A stretch of 63,445 bases of DNA, the filler included, from Octopus bimaculoides (Eukaryota): assembly GCF_001194135.2 (NCBI RefSeq). It is 4 parts of 4 records of this genome, joined end to end, with 100 filler letters (N's around TTAATTAATTAA, not from the genome) between each part and the next. Parts side by side here need not be neighbours in the genome. Positions count along the whole stretch, not along the records: positions 1 to 26,821 come from NC_068988.1; positions 26,922 to 50,480 come from NC_068999.1; 2 more parts are not named here. One strand, written 5' to 3'. A model generated the notes under the pieces. The model saw only the letters and a list, made by a program, of their open reading frames with translations. It searched no databases and was not told the origin of the DNA. The position numbers were made by a program, and so were the translations under genes. Below are positions 13,229-26,922 of the stretch, one piece after another (position 1 is the first letter of the stretch; each line of letters opens with the position of its first letter).

Positions 13229-13402
13229 CTACACACACACATTTTATTTTTGTAATTGAATTGATTGGGTGTGGAAACAGCTGTAGGCAGGATTTCTCTA
13301 CAAGTATTTGAATGTGTTTAAATAAATAACACCTGTCTATTTTCTTAATTTTCTCATATATATATGTGTGTGTGTGTGTGTGCGCGCGCGCACTCACGTG
13401 TG

Positions 13403-13609
13403 TTCGTGGGGTTACTGAAAAGTTCCTGGCTTTAAGGGTATCACGAAAGGCCCAACCATCCGAATTCTTCTGCAGGGACGAGAAAAGCTGAAGGTCTGCT
13501 GCAAGAAATGTGTGACTCTCAAGGGATATATGTTGAATAAAATCATAATTAACTGATTCTCCTGTATTTTCGTTTACCCAAAGCCAGAATTTTTCAACAG
13601 CCCCTCGTA
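13403..13609 (+). mobile_element. Mariner-derived MITE
   Basis: ~30 bp imperfect TIRs (TACGAGGGGCTGTTGAAAAATTCTGGCTTT type); internal KKCVTLKGIYVE* transposase C-terminal remnant; relative at 28430. Confidence 0.8.
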
Positions 13610-13975
13610 CACACACACACGCAAGCACACACATAAGCATGCACACACACACGCATGCACACACACATATGTATGTAGGTATGTATGTATGAACGAATGT
13701 ATGTGTGTGTATGTGGGCATAAATGTTTATTTTTATGTTAACAATTTTACTTTAAACGGAATGATTATTCAATACTTTTTGTAGAGTATTCATTATCCTC
13801 TTACATCAATAATGTTGACAATGACTTCGAAGCTCCGGCTTCCCTGCCTGCAAAGGACTGTGGCACCTTTGAGTTTATTATGGTTTATATAGTCCTTGGT
13901 AACGTTATTTTCTTTTGGAGGTAGGTGGAGTTCTATTGAATGATAATTAGGGTATAGATTTTATATGTGTTTATC

Positions 13976-14011
<36 letters not shown>

Positions 14012-14079
14012 TGTATGCATGTATGTATGTATGTATGTATATATATGTATATATANNNNNNNNNNNNNNNATATATTTA

Positions 14080-14363
14080 TTGAGAAAAAGGAGGCAGTCA
14101 GAATTTTGGATAATTGTTTATTAGCGCTTTCGTTCGTTTATCGAACTCGTCAAGACAAAATCAAAATCCAAATGGTAAAAACAGAACGTTTCGTTGTTCG
14201 TTTATATGAATAGGATGTATAAAGTATCCGATTCATATAAATGATCAACGAAACGTTCTGTTCTTTACCATTTGGATTTTGATTTTGTGTTGACGAGTTC
14301 GATAAACGAACGAAAGCACTCATAAAGAATTGTCCAAAATTCTAACTGCTTCCTTTTTCTCAA
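14080..14363. mobile_element. Foldback (palindromic) MITE
   Basis: ~135 bp arms nearly reverse complementary (TTGAGAAAAAGGA...TCCTTTTTCTCAA) with a ~9 nt central loop. Confidence 0.85.
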
Positions 14364-15399
14364 CATACAATATCTGTACATCACTTCAAACGCTCTATAC
14401 GTATATACATATGTATGTATGTATGTATGTATGTATTATGTATGTATGTATGTATGTATGTATGTATATATGTATGTATGTATGTATGTATGCATGTTTG
14501 TATTTATGTATGTATGAATAAAAATATCGCGGAAGGCGACATAAAAATACAACCTTATTAACACACAATACAAATAACCGAACACAATACACCAACACCC
14601 CGCTAGCTAAGAGAATCTCAAATAAAATAAAACAAATAAAATAAAACAAAATAACAAAATAATAAAAAAATGGAAATAAACTGGAGTAAAATAGAAAACT
14701 GGCAAAAATTTGCATTTAAAAAAAAAAGAAACAAAAGAACGCCAAATTAAATTACTAAAAACACAGAAATTGGAACGGAATTGGTTTTAGCATAAACCAC
14801 AAAACAGTAAAGCATAAAACAGAGCAATCATCATCATCGTCGTCATCATCATCATCATCATCATTATTCGCTCCCCCTCTTCGTCCTCATCATCGTCATT
14901 ATCATCAGTATCATCATCATCATTAACAATAACAACGATGACAACGATGTCGGCGTTAACGACGACGATCTCATCCCACCCCTTGTCCTAATTACAACCT
15001 CAAATAACACATCTCACACAATAACACCGTGCAAATACTCTTGCTAGGCGTTTCTAGGAAATTAGTTACCCGAAACCCTACATTTAAGACCCCCACAAAA
15101 AAAACCCCAAAAAGCAAAGCAAAACAGAAACAACAACAATCAAAAACCAAAGTAAAAACAAAAAGAAAAACAAGCAAGCAAAAATAGTAATAATAATAAT
15201 AAATCCCTTTTCACATTCCGCATAAATCACTGCTTTTTTCCCCTTCCTTTATTTTCAGACACTTAAATAGGTAAATCTATGAACCAGACAAAGTCACAAA
15301 GAAATACCTCTAAAACATCGACGCTTGCTTGTAGTAACACTGCCAATGTCTCCAAATCTGCTAACTAAACAAAATCATATAAATTCTAAGGCCCAGCAG

Positions 15400-16466
15400 A
15401 ATTCCAATTGAAATAACATCATACAGACATCACGTTTTCATATGGACTCCTTCTAAAAAAAATTTAGAAAGATTAATCCATGATTTCGCTAACATACACA
15501 GAATCTTTCACACGTGCTGTTCTAACTAGCATCGACATCAGAAAAGCTTCCGACTTCAATCCCGCCAGCATTTATATGAAAACCGCTCAACCCCAGCTTT
15601 ACAAACAACGTCAAACGGTGGTTAGCAAACTCCTTATCAGGTCACCATGTTTATGTAGCATACAAGAATAACACATCTAGAACACATGCAATTCCTCAGC
15701 TGAGTAACGTTACCACTCACACTTTCCAGCTTGCACCTGTATATCCTTCACAAATATTCACAAAACATACATACAGTCTCATTGAAATATCTCCCATTTA
15801 TATCCCAATGCCATTCTCCAGTCACAACTGCACAGTTTCTCCAATACTGAGTAAATCCCCACGAAACCTGAGCCTACAAACAACAAAGTTATTAGAAACA
15901 GTCAAATGCACCATATCCTTTCTTATTGGTAACAACAGAACACATGAAATTTAACCAACATCATAATCAGCAACATAACTTCATCTCACTCACAGAAAGC
16001 AGTAATACGAGAGGTCACATATAACACATGTATGTTATGAGGAATCACGTATAACGTTCAGAACACAATAGATATTGTACATAAAGGAACAAGGATGTGC
16101 GAACGTAATTAAATCAATCACAGTTGTCATATTTGGCCAACTTGATGAAAAACAATAGTGTGCAAACAATACCTCAGATCCTTCATAGACCACGCTAGCT
16201 GAACCTTGGCCTACATCCATTTCACTATAACTAACAATACATTTTGAGGTACACGACACAACACGTTACATCACATAACAAACAGGTTCTTCATATATCA
16301 CATCTAAGACCGCACCTGAGACCATGTACACGATGAAACAAAAGTAGCCAAAATTAAAGATCACTTAGACATACTAGGTGCATAGTTCATTGCTGCTGCA
16401 AAACACAAACCTCACAGTCATTATCACAACTCTAAAACTTGTCCCCACACACCTAGACACATATCT
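15400..16466 (+). mobile_element. Degraded Jockey/I-superfamily LINE reverse transcriptase
   Basis: Across frameshifts: SYR..LERLIH, LTSIDIRKASD (motif DxxKAFD, 15531), a PQ remnant, KQYLRSFIDHAS, HVHDETKVAKIKDHLDILGA; A/C-rich sense strand. Confidence 0.7.
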
Positions 16467-16467
16467 T

Positions 16468-16499
<32 letters not shown>

Positions 16500-17207
16500 C
16501 ATCCTCATCATCATCCTCCTCATCCTCATCATCATCATCATCATCCTCATCATCATCATCATCCGATCGGTCGATTTGCTCGGATCAGTGCAACTCCTCC
16601 ACGCCAGACGTCCCGAACAAGCAATACTGCATGAACGTCTGGCTTGGGTTTAAGTCACATTAGTATTTCGCTAGCTGAAATATCTCATCTATGCACATCA
16701 CGACTACAGATCATAGCAGAAGGTTCCTAACTGCCCTGGTTGATCCTAACTGTTGACAGTTTGTTGACTTTTTATCCACTCGGTACCTAGTGACATTCGC
16801 CATTGATACAATAATATTCAACTGCCGGAATAGATAACATCCTCCATGCTGTGTCCAACTGATTTCAAAGTAACCTGACTCTGGTAGTCTGGTAGTTACA
16901 TGCTATTTAACCCGTAGCTGGGACCCTTACAGGCGTTAATGCTCCAGGTAAGAGTAAACCTGGGAACAATAGTGCAACTGAAAGCCTCGGATGTGTTGGT
17001 AATTAAATGTTGACTTCACGCTCCTCCACAACTCTCGAATTTGAGCCTCAACACCGGGTGCTGCTTAATGTCATACTTAGGACAACACTACTACAACAAC
17101 ATTCTGAAAACAATATGGCCCCCCACTTTCTACCCAGACAAGCATTACGAACACACACAGAAACAGACAGACACATACATATATACATATATATACATGC
17201 ATACATA

Positions 17208-17275
<68 letters not shown>

Positions 17276-18529
17276 NNNNNNNNNNNNNNNNNNNNNNNNN
17301 NNNNNNNNNNNNNNNNNNNNNNNNNNNNNNNNNNNNNNNNNNNNNNNNNNNNNNNNNNNNNNNNNNNNNNNNNNNNNNNNNNNNNNNNNNNNNNNNNNNN
17401 NNNNNNNNNNNNNNNNNNNNNNNNNNNNNNNNNNNNNNNNNNNNNNNNNNNNNNNNNNNNNNNNNNNNNNNNNNNNNNNNNNNNNNNNNNNNNNNNNNNN
17501 NNNNNNNNNNNNNNNNNNNNNNNNNNNNNNNNNNNNNNNNNNNNNNNNNNNNNNNNNNNNNNNNNNNNNNNNNNNNNNNNNNNNNNNNNNNNNNNNNNNN
17601 NNNNNNNNNNNNNNNNNNNNNNNNNNNNNNNNNNNNNNNNNNNNNNNNNNNNNNNNNNNNNNNNNNNNNNNNNNNNNNNNNNNNNNNNNNNNNNNNNNNN
17701 NNNNNNNNNNNNNNNNNNNNNNNNNNNNNNNNNNNNNNNNNNNNNNNNNNNNNNNNNNNNNNNNNNNNNNNNNNNNNNNNNNNNNNNNNNNNNNNNNNNN
17801 NNNNNNNNNNNNNNNNNNNNNNNNNNNNNNNNNNNNNNNNNNNNNNNNNNNNNNNNNNNNNNNNNNNNNNNNNNNNNNNNNNNNNNNNNNNNNNNNNNNN
17901 NNNNNNNNNNNNNNNNNNNNNNNNNNNNNNNNNNNNNNNNNNNNNNNNNNNNNNNNNNNNNNNNNNNNNNNNNNNNNNNNNNNNNNNNNNNNNNNNNNNN
18001 NNNNNNNNNNNNNNNNNNNNNNNNNNNNNNNNNNGGAGAAACAAAAACTGCGGCGCCTTAATCGGATGCGTCGTGCTCGTCTTCAGCTGTAGATACAATC
18101 AAGTTCTTATGTGGGTTAAGAAATTGACTAGATAGTCGAGAGAATGAAATATGTATAAAAAAGGAAAAGTGCACGTAAAACAATTTATATATAAGAATAC
18201 AGCATAACCACCACTAGTACACTTTGTATTGGAGATGTTCTCGATGAGTGACCACAGGCTAAACGAAAATAACCGCATCTAACACCACCACCACCACCAA
18301 ACACCACAAATAATTTTTTGAATCACAAAATTCAGTATTTGATAGAGTCGTTATTCATATTCTTCAGTTTCCATTGAAGAGATATGAGATAAATCTATAC
18401 TTTTTTACAAGTATAGGTGTTTTTTAAAATCATTTAAAACCAGGTGTTTTTTATAATCATTTCTATGTCGAAAATATACCATAACGCTACGTCGCTTTAG
18501 GGTGATGAATTAAATATCATATGATAATC

Positions 18530-18745
18530 ATTCTTTCCTATTTTAGCACAAGGCCAACGATTTTCTTGGGTGGAGGTAAGACGATTACTTCGATCCTACT
18601 ACTTCACTCATACCCCGAAAGGTGAAAGGCAAAATTGACTTCGGTGGGATTTGAGCTTAAAACGACAGGAAACAGAAGAAATGCCGCAGAGTATTTTGTC
18701 CGCTAATATCGAGATGTAGTTAAGGCGGCGAGCTGGCAGAAACGT
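18530..18745 (-). mobile_element. SINE family 2, diverged copy plus an adjacent inverted head stub
   Basis: Similar to the 11595 copy; TTAAGGCGGCGAGCTGGCAGAA head on + at 18720. Confidence 0.65.
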
Positions 18746-19175
18746 GTGTTCGCGCGTGTGCGTGTGTTCGAACGTGTGTGTGTGCATGTGTGTGTGTATG
18801 CATGTATATATACACACAGATACGTATGTGTGTGTGTGTGTGTGTATGTGTATGTTAGCAGTTCGGCTTAGGCGAGTAATAGAATAAGTATCAAGCTTAT
18901 AAACATAAAAATAAGTATTGGTGTTTAATTGTTCGATTGAAATTCTTTAAGGCTGTGCTCCACCATTGCCGCAGTCAAATGACCGAAGCAATTAAAATTT
19001 GGAGTTGTAAGGATGTGTATTTGAAACACCATCAAGAGCGAATATAACAAGTATTTGCTCCTGCTAAGATGGTAGATTAGGATTAGAGGGAGATTTGGCT
19101 GCTATTTTAGGACATATGTTCGTTATTGCACGGAACGGATGAGTTAGCCTCAAAGCCGATATTAATAACCTTTTT

Positions 19176-19345
19176 AAAGCAACGAGCTGGCAGAATCGTA
19201 AGCACGCCGGGCAAAATGCTTAGCGGTATATTGTCTGTCTTTACGTTCTTCTGAGTTCAAATTCCGCCGAGGTTAACTTTGCCTTTCATCCTTCCGGGGT
19301 CGATAAATTAAGTACCAGCTGAACACTGGAGTCGATGTTATATAC
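19176..19345 (+). mobile_element. SINE family 2
   Basis: Head GAGCTGGCAGAATCG, B-box-like GAGTTCAAATTCC, core GCCTTTCATCCTTCCGGGGTCGATAAATTAAGTACC. Confidence 0.85.
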
Positions 19346-19453
19346 GGTCCAAGTTATATAATCGATGTTATATTATATAAACTTATCATTATTGTGGGTA
19401 TTCAAGAGTGGTCTTCTCAGTTATATAACGCGTTTATTATATAATTATATACC

Positions 19454-20744
19454 TGTTGTGGCGGACGCCCCCAAGTGAGAAGTGGGCTGGTCCACTGCTA
19501 ATAAATGGTAGACTGTCAGAGTCAGTAGGGTCGGTCGGCGAAAGTCCTTCGGACCAGTCCCGCGGAGATGAGGAAATACCTCATCATGGGACATATCAGT
19601 AGCAACAAGGATTCGTAGCTTGCAGTGAAAATGATTTTGAACAAGGAAACACAGTGACAAATGTATGAATCCTATCGAAGAAAGATTTTGAAAAAGAAAA
19701 AAGAAAAAGGTTCTGTGTGGAAAAAAAAAAAAAGTCCGTTCGAAGGCTTTATAAGTTAGGTCGCTATATTTAGTAGCACTACCAGTAATAATGTAAGACT
19801 TGGTACTACCTGCGGGCATTTTGAAAAAAAAAGCTATGGTTCTGTATGGAACAAATAATAATAATAATAATGATAATAATAATAATAATAATAAAAATAA
19901 ATCCGTGCAGAGGATTTAATAATTCTGTGTGGAACAAAAAAAAAAAAAAAATTCTGTTTAGAAGAAAGAAGAAAAAGAAATGAAAAAGAATTTACGATAC
20001 GTTTAAAGCGAGTCATGCAAGAAGATTTCAAACGTAAGCAGATATCATCTGTTGAAATTGAAGACAAACCAGTAGCTAAGAAAGTTAAAATGGACAAAGA
20101 AAACGCAAACTATTTTATGACTGAGAATATTAAACAAGTCCTCCTTGAAAAGATTCCAGATGAAATATCGATGGAAGTGACAAGTGAAGAACACGTTGTA
20201 GAAAATTCTGAAATTAGAGAATGTGAGTCATCTGTTACAGGAAAAAGGCTCTTCTATTGAAAATGCTTCGTTGAGGAATCGTTCTCATGCAAACACTTTA
20301 AAAGATAATGTAAGTTTGCAGGTAACTGATCCAGTTTCTGCCGAGAAAAGTGTAACGAAAAGAAAAGTCGTAGAATTGAAAAGAAAAGAAAAAAAAAATA
20401 TATGCTGTGAAGAAATAATAAATATAATTCTGTGTGGAACAGGAAAAAAATTAAATAAGAGAAAACTAGTAAGTCCGTGTGAAGGATTTGTATGGAAGTG
20501 AAATACAACATCGACTCGAATAAATAGCAAAACTGGAGCTTATTTGAAAGAAAAAGTATTTTGTGTGGAAGAAAAAGAAATAGTAATGAAAAAAAAAAAA
20601 TGTGTTTGAAAAAAATACCAAAGTGAGGAGGTGTTGTGGGCTGGTCCACTGCTAATAAATGGTGGACTGTCAGAGTCAGGCGAAGGTGTGCCGTTCGGAC
20701 CAGTCTCGCAGACATGAAATACGTCGTAATAATGGGACATATCA
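19454..20744 (+). mobile_element. TRIM/LARD-like non-autonomous LTR element
   Basis: Direct repeats 19454..19598 and 20632..20744, both TGTTGTGG...GGGACATATCA and containing AATAAA; purine tract AAAGTGAGGAGG immediately before the 3' LTR; flanks ATACC/ATAAC (5 bp TSD, 1 mismatch). Confidence 0.75.
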
Positions 20745-20831
20745 ATAACGTATTCATAACGCATTTGAAAGAGCAATACAGACCTACAGTGTGTATGTGT
20801 GTGCGCGCGCGCGCGCGCGTGTGTGTGTGTA

Positions 20832-20862
<31 letters not shown>

Positions 20863-21287
20863 AAGAGAGAAAGTGTGAAAGGTTTAAAGTTGTTTGATTT
20901 ATTTATTGGTTTCATTTGGAAGGAAGGTCTGCGCCTATATTCCAAATGGGTCCTCTGGGATCAGTCATACTCACTTGAATAAAGCTCCACATGAACAAAA
21001 GTCGAAGTTTACAGCAAAAATGTTCACGACAAAGGAATTCTGGAGTCGCTGACGGTCTCGAAACGAAGGATTGAGCCTTGTGAGTAATGCAGGTTCCTGG
21101 GATGGTGGTGTAAACAATATGGTTGTAGAGAGTAAAAAAACATAGACTGAACTATTTTCTGGCTCTTATGCTAAAGGTCATTTCGTGTGATGTATTCATG
21201 GGTATGCTGAAGGGTGTACGTTCATCTGAAATGATACCAGAGGAAGAAGCTGCGATTGCTCTCTGTTCACGTTTAATACGTGATATA

Positions 21288-21672
21288 GGCGCAGGAATGG
21301 CTGTGTGGTAAAAAACTTGCTTCTCAACCACATGGTTCTAGGTTCAGTCCCACTGCGTGGCACTCTGGGCAAGTGTCTTCTACTACAGCATCGAGCCGAC
21401 CAAGGCCTTGGGAATTGCTTTTGGTACAATGAAACTGAAAGAAGCCCGTCGTATATATAAATATATGTATTTGTGTGTGTCTGCGTTTGTGCACCCACCA
21501 TCGTTTAACAACCGATGTTGATGTGTTTGCAACCCCGTATCTTACTGTTCGGCAAAAGCGACCGATACAGTAAGTACTAGGCTTACAAAGAATAAGTTCA
21601 AGGGTCGATTTGTTCGACTAAAGGCGGTGCTCCAACATGACCCGCAGTCAAATGACTGAAACAAGTAAAGGA
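21288..21672 (+). mobile_element. SINE family 1, full length
   Basis: Head, CORE-like segment, internal TA/TG repeat and CAGTCAAATGACTG tail. Confidence 0.9.
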
Positions 21673-21730
<58 letters not shown>

Positions 21731-21874
21731 CTCACAAACACTCACACACAGATACACACACACATATATAGATATATATATATACGACAAGCTTTTTTCA
21801 GTTTCCGTCTATCAAACCCATACCCAAGTTTCTGGTCATGCGGTTGGAACAAAATTTCTTACTACACACCCACA

Positions 21875-21923
<49 letters not shown>

Positions 21924-24147
21924 GTACTGCTGAAGGGCACAAGACTGGTATGACGCCATTTGAGAACGTTCTCTGTTTTGGGATGGAGTGTAGGTTAGGA
22001 ATGGCGTGTACAGATTGCATGTAAATGACACTTGGGTAAGGTAGGTCAGAGAGTAAAGAGAGTAAAGATGAGTAAAGATGATAGCCTAGAGATCATTGAT
22101 ATAGAAGGAGAAAGGTAAGTGTTGTTGACAAACCCGGATCTTGGAGTATATTAGAATTGATGATGTAGTTCAGAAAGAGTGATGTAAAGTGAAATAGAGA
22201 CAGATAGAAAGAAGGAAAGAGAGAGAGAGAGAAGGAAAGAGAGAAAGAGAAAGAGTAAAAGCTATATCATCGTGATAGATATATGGATATACAATGAGAA
22301 AGAAAATTGACTGATATCATACTATAAAAAGAAACATGAACAGCTGCAGATATAATTCAAAAGAGTTTGAGAGATCAGACTGGTTGACGAAATAATATAT
22401 GTAAAGACTTATAGGAAAATATGTAGGAACTGTTCCAGTTCATTTAGCTAGTATCGTGCTAAAGCCAGATGGAATATCGACGTTAAACCAACCCATTGTC
22501 AATGGATTTTAATACTGTAAGCTATGCGTAACTGAAAGTTTCGGATATCAAAATAGCAAGCGATATCATTTAACCAGAAATCCGAGATGTTATTATCAAA
22601 TTGGTGTCGTTGGAGAAAAATTCCTTTTAGGTGTTTCCCATACGCCAGAGAATCCATGGTCTATTGATTCAAATCCAAGAGAAACATTTAAAAGTCGTCG
22701 TAGTGTATCTTTTCCTTTGAAGATGATCACACGTCGGAGTCAGGCGCTTTCGTTTACGCAATTGCAGTTCTGCCATCAATAACAACATTTTAGATCTCTC
22801 ACATGGCCAGCCTCAACTGATATGAATGAATCTAGCTCGTGCGCTGTCAATATATAATTTCATTCATTCGCGACGACATATTATCTGATCGATCGTGCAT
22901 GTATCTCTTCAAAAAAGGGAAAAAAAAATGTATTTGTACAAATATTTATAGTTGTTGAAGGGTTATCGTTAGGGAGTTCCTTCTCAGATAACTGGGCTTA
23001 AATTTTGTAGTGAAATGACCTGAAGCATACAGCATGTAAGAACTACTAGAAAATAGGTTCTACGTTCAAAATCTTCTACTATAGAAGCGAGAACAATTAT
23101 TTCTGCATAGCTTCACCCCAATTTCCTCTCGGGAATAGGCTTCAGATATTCTGCGAGTTTTACCATTAGCTGCGATATATTGGCCGTCTATCCAAAGGAA
23201 GATTAATTACTCATCTATTAAATATTATTGTAAAGGAATTCAACAGCGGAGCTTCAGAACCTCACGGGGAAATTGAATATATCCGCAAACATCTAAGTAA
23301 TTGAGACTTATTATTTACAAATAACCAAGTGGACACGGAACACAGCAAACGTCTGTAATTTGTACCCTGTCAACATCCCAGTTTGCCTAAACTTTAAACA
23401 GGTTTACAGCAAGGTGAGAACAACTTACTGCTGTTAGGAGCAGCTACACTGTACGTTTCACAAATGTTTCATTACATCTGCGAAATTGATATTTTAACAC
23501 GTTCTTTGGATATTAACGACCAAGGCCTAAATATACCAAGTTAACCTGTCTGTCTGTCTTTCTTTCCGTCCGTCTGTCTGTATGTATATTTGTGTGAATG
23601 TGTATGCGTGTATATGCATGTGTGAATATATGTATTCTGTCTATCCTTATGCTTATGTCTATTTAACGCTTATGCTCTCACTACTTGTCTTCGACGACAG
23701 GTGACGTCGCTGCGGAAGGACAGACGTGTTGGGGTTCACTGCTGTCACATCAGTATTATTTATATATTAGTGTCAATCAAGCAAACACACACGCACACAC
23801 ACGCGTGCACGCATCTACAAATTCACTGTCACAGGAGGACATCCTACCATTCACGAATATGTACACTACCTCTAAAAGTGAACTTCATTAAGGAGGACAA
23901 CTCAACAAAAACAAGCAGAGGCTTTAAAAATAATTTACTGGTTAAGAAACTCACTTTGCAGCTACTTGCTTTCAAGTACAGTCCTAATTTGCGGCACTTT
24001 GGACAAATGTCTTGTACTATAACCCTATAGACCCTTGTCCGGATAATACCTTGTTTGACGCTATCTGTTTATCTATCTATTCCCCTCTCTCTGTCTCTCA
24101 CTCTCTGTCTCTCTGTCTCTCTCTGTCTCTCTCTGTCTCTCTCTCTC

Positions 24148-24212
<65 letters not shown>

Positions 24213-24222
24213 NNNNNNNNNN

Positions 24223-24254
<32 letters not shown>

Positions 24255-24383
24255 AATTAAGATTCAATAGGGTATATAATACCACTTGCTAAAATCAGAG
24301 ACAATACTCCAAAACCACCATAAAACTCAAGATAAAGTCACATACGAGCAATGCAATGAACATATGAGAAATAGATTTACCTT

Positions 24384-24571
24384 TGCGTTGAATACATCAG
24401 TAAGTAATGTGTATTTAAAATAAAGAACGTACGCGAACTAATGTAGTGAATATTTTAGAAATAGATGTTAAAATGTTATTTTCAACTGAAGATCGCAAAG
24501 TATGTTTGTCACGCAAAGCGTGAAATCAATTGGTATTGAAATATACATTACTTACTGATGCGTTCAACGCA
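24384..24571. mobile_element. MITE-like inverted repeat
   Basis: 33 bp arms 24384..24416 and 24539..24571 (TGCGTTGAATACATCAGTAAGTAATGT / ACATTACTTACTGATGCGTTCAACGCA). Confidence 0.65.
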
Positions 24572-24793
24572 TTCCTCGTGTGTATCTTTATCATGAGTTT
24601 TATGGTGGTTATTTGAGCATTTTCTCTGATTTTAGCAAGTGGTATTGTATGCCCTATTAAATCTTGATTTACCTTATATTGTACCTGTAAAGGTATGAAC
24701 TTGCTAGCCACCTTATTATTACTACAAATAAAGGTAATAATACTAATATAGTTGCAACTATCAGTTCTACGATGGTGAATTATAGAGAGAGAG

Positions 24794-24932
<139 letters not shown>

Positions 24933-25989
24933 GATAAGATAGTGCTGGTAGTGGCTAGGGTAGTATTAGGTGAATCGTTCGGGCTATTGCTGTCATTATT
25001 GCCGTCAACAAGTGACTTATGGACTTATTTCTACAAGATCGGAAAGTTGAACTGTGAACTTTTATGCTTCTTTTTTCTTCTCTTTCTTCATCTCCCTATT
25101 CCTTTACTCCTGTCCTCTATGTCATTTCATTAATCTATACCCTTCTCATTTTCCCTATTTGTCTCCAATGACGGAATATCCTATACTTTGGGATATCCTA
25201 GAAACAGCTGTAAGACTTCGAATTTTTTCCAATAATAATAGTGTACATGGCTTGAGATGATTGCCTTACCTTAACTGGTGAAGGCCTGTTTATAGGATTA
25301 CCTTGAGTTTCTCACCATAAAGAGTAACATTATGGCGTATCACCAGACCCTAAAACTTGTTGGCCTATATATATATATAAACGCACACATAAATCGTTTT
25401 TAACTGTAGGACGCGAAGTAGATAAAGGTATTACAATAGCATGCACATGCTGTTATTGGCAAGTAAATATTAGGAGAACAAACCCTTTTGGACAGAAAAA
25501 ATAACTGAATATGTTTATGTGTGTGTGACTTTGTGTTTGTGCATGCCCTTCCTACCGCTTGCCGATCGGTGTCGGTTGGTCGTAAGAGACCGATAAAATA
25601 AGTACCAGAATTAAAAGAATATATACATGGGTTGATGTCTTCGACTAAAGCCTTCAAGTCGGCTCCCAGGCATGGCTACGATCTAATGATTAAAACCAGG
25701 GAAAAGTAAAGCTATAATTCATATAATGAAATACCTAGCTAATTGTTTGGCTTTATTATTCTGTTTATCTTTGGCTATCTGATTTCTGTTCGTTCGGAAT
25801 TCATATAATAAACACGTTATGAAAAGTTTCAGATTCATATTTGTTGAAAAGTCAATCAACAATTAATAATTTCTAATTATTGTATTAATTGTATTTGAAG
25901 GACAATAAAATAATACAATGTAAATATATAAAACAAATTAAGCAATTATTAGTGGGTGAATGTGTGAGAGTCTGATTGCGTGTTCTCTT

Positions 25990-26030
<41 letters not shown>

Positions 26031-26193
26031 TGTATGTGTGTGAATATGTGTGTGTGTGTGTGTGTGCGCGCGCATGTGCAGGTGTGTTTGTATCAGTATG
26101 TGTCTGACTAACAATATTTGTATGCATGTATATATGTTTATATGAATATGTACCTATACATACATACATATAAACATACATACATACACACAC

Positions 26194-26227
<34 letters not shown>

Positions 26228-26758
26228 GCATATACACACATACGCACAGACATAAATATGTATAGCGTATGTATGTACGCGTGTGCGTTTTAATTACACA
26301 AGCACACTGATACATATGTACACTGATACATATAACATTGAATATGACAAACTATAATATAGATCTATGTACCTATCTATCTATCTATCTATCTATCTAT
26401 CTGTCTATCTTTCAGTCTCTCCGTTTCTCTGTCTGTTGCTGTATGTGTGTACGTATGTACATATGTTTGTGCGCATGCGTGTGATGTGGGTGGGAGATGT
26501 GTGTGTGTGTGTGTTGTGTATTTGTGTGTTTTGTGTGTGTGTGTGTGTTGTGTGTGTGTGTGTGTACATGCATACAAAATAATTCATATGAATAAATCGA
26601 ACGTTTCCCCGTTTGCAGTCATACATAACTTTAGAGAAATATCTACATAAACATACATTATATTTATGCACACACACACACACACACACGTATATAATGT
26701 ATGTATATCTCACGAAACTAAAAGACATAAATGTGAGAAGACAAAAGACAAACGGAAA

Positions 26759-26821
<63 letters not shown>

Positions 26822-26921
26822 NNNNNNNNNNNNNNNNNNNNNNNNNNNNNNNNNNNNNNNNNNNNTTAATTAATTAANNNNNNNNNNNNNNNNNNNNNNN
26901 NNNNNNNNNNNNNNNNNNNNN
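26822..26921. other. Artificial 100 bp scaffold spacer (44 N + TTAATTAATTAA + 44 N); also at 50481..50580 and 62173..62272
   Basis: Identical geometry three times; the 12-mer gives stops in all six frames. Confidence 0.95.
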
Positions 26922-26922
26922 G

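Noticed and set aside
14520-16470. Strong G depletion suggesting a NUMT or hypermutation
   Set aside because: Explained largely by an A/C-rich Jockey/I-type LINE sense strand plus simple repeats; no mitochondrial gene motifs seen
17007-18135. Long ORFs spanning N gaps (also 29509, 45359, 58328)
   Set aside because: Length is due to X codons from Ns
22560-22830. Possible decayed APE endonuclease
   Set aside because: Motif similarity too weak to call by eye
26866-26877. TTAATTAATTAA islands inside N runs (also 50525 and 62217)
   Set aside because: Identical 44N-12-44N geometry and six-frame stops indicate an assembly spacer, not biology
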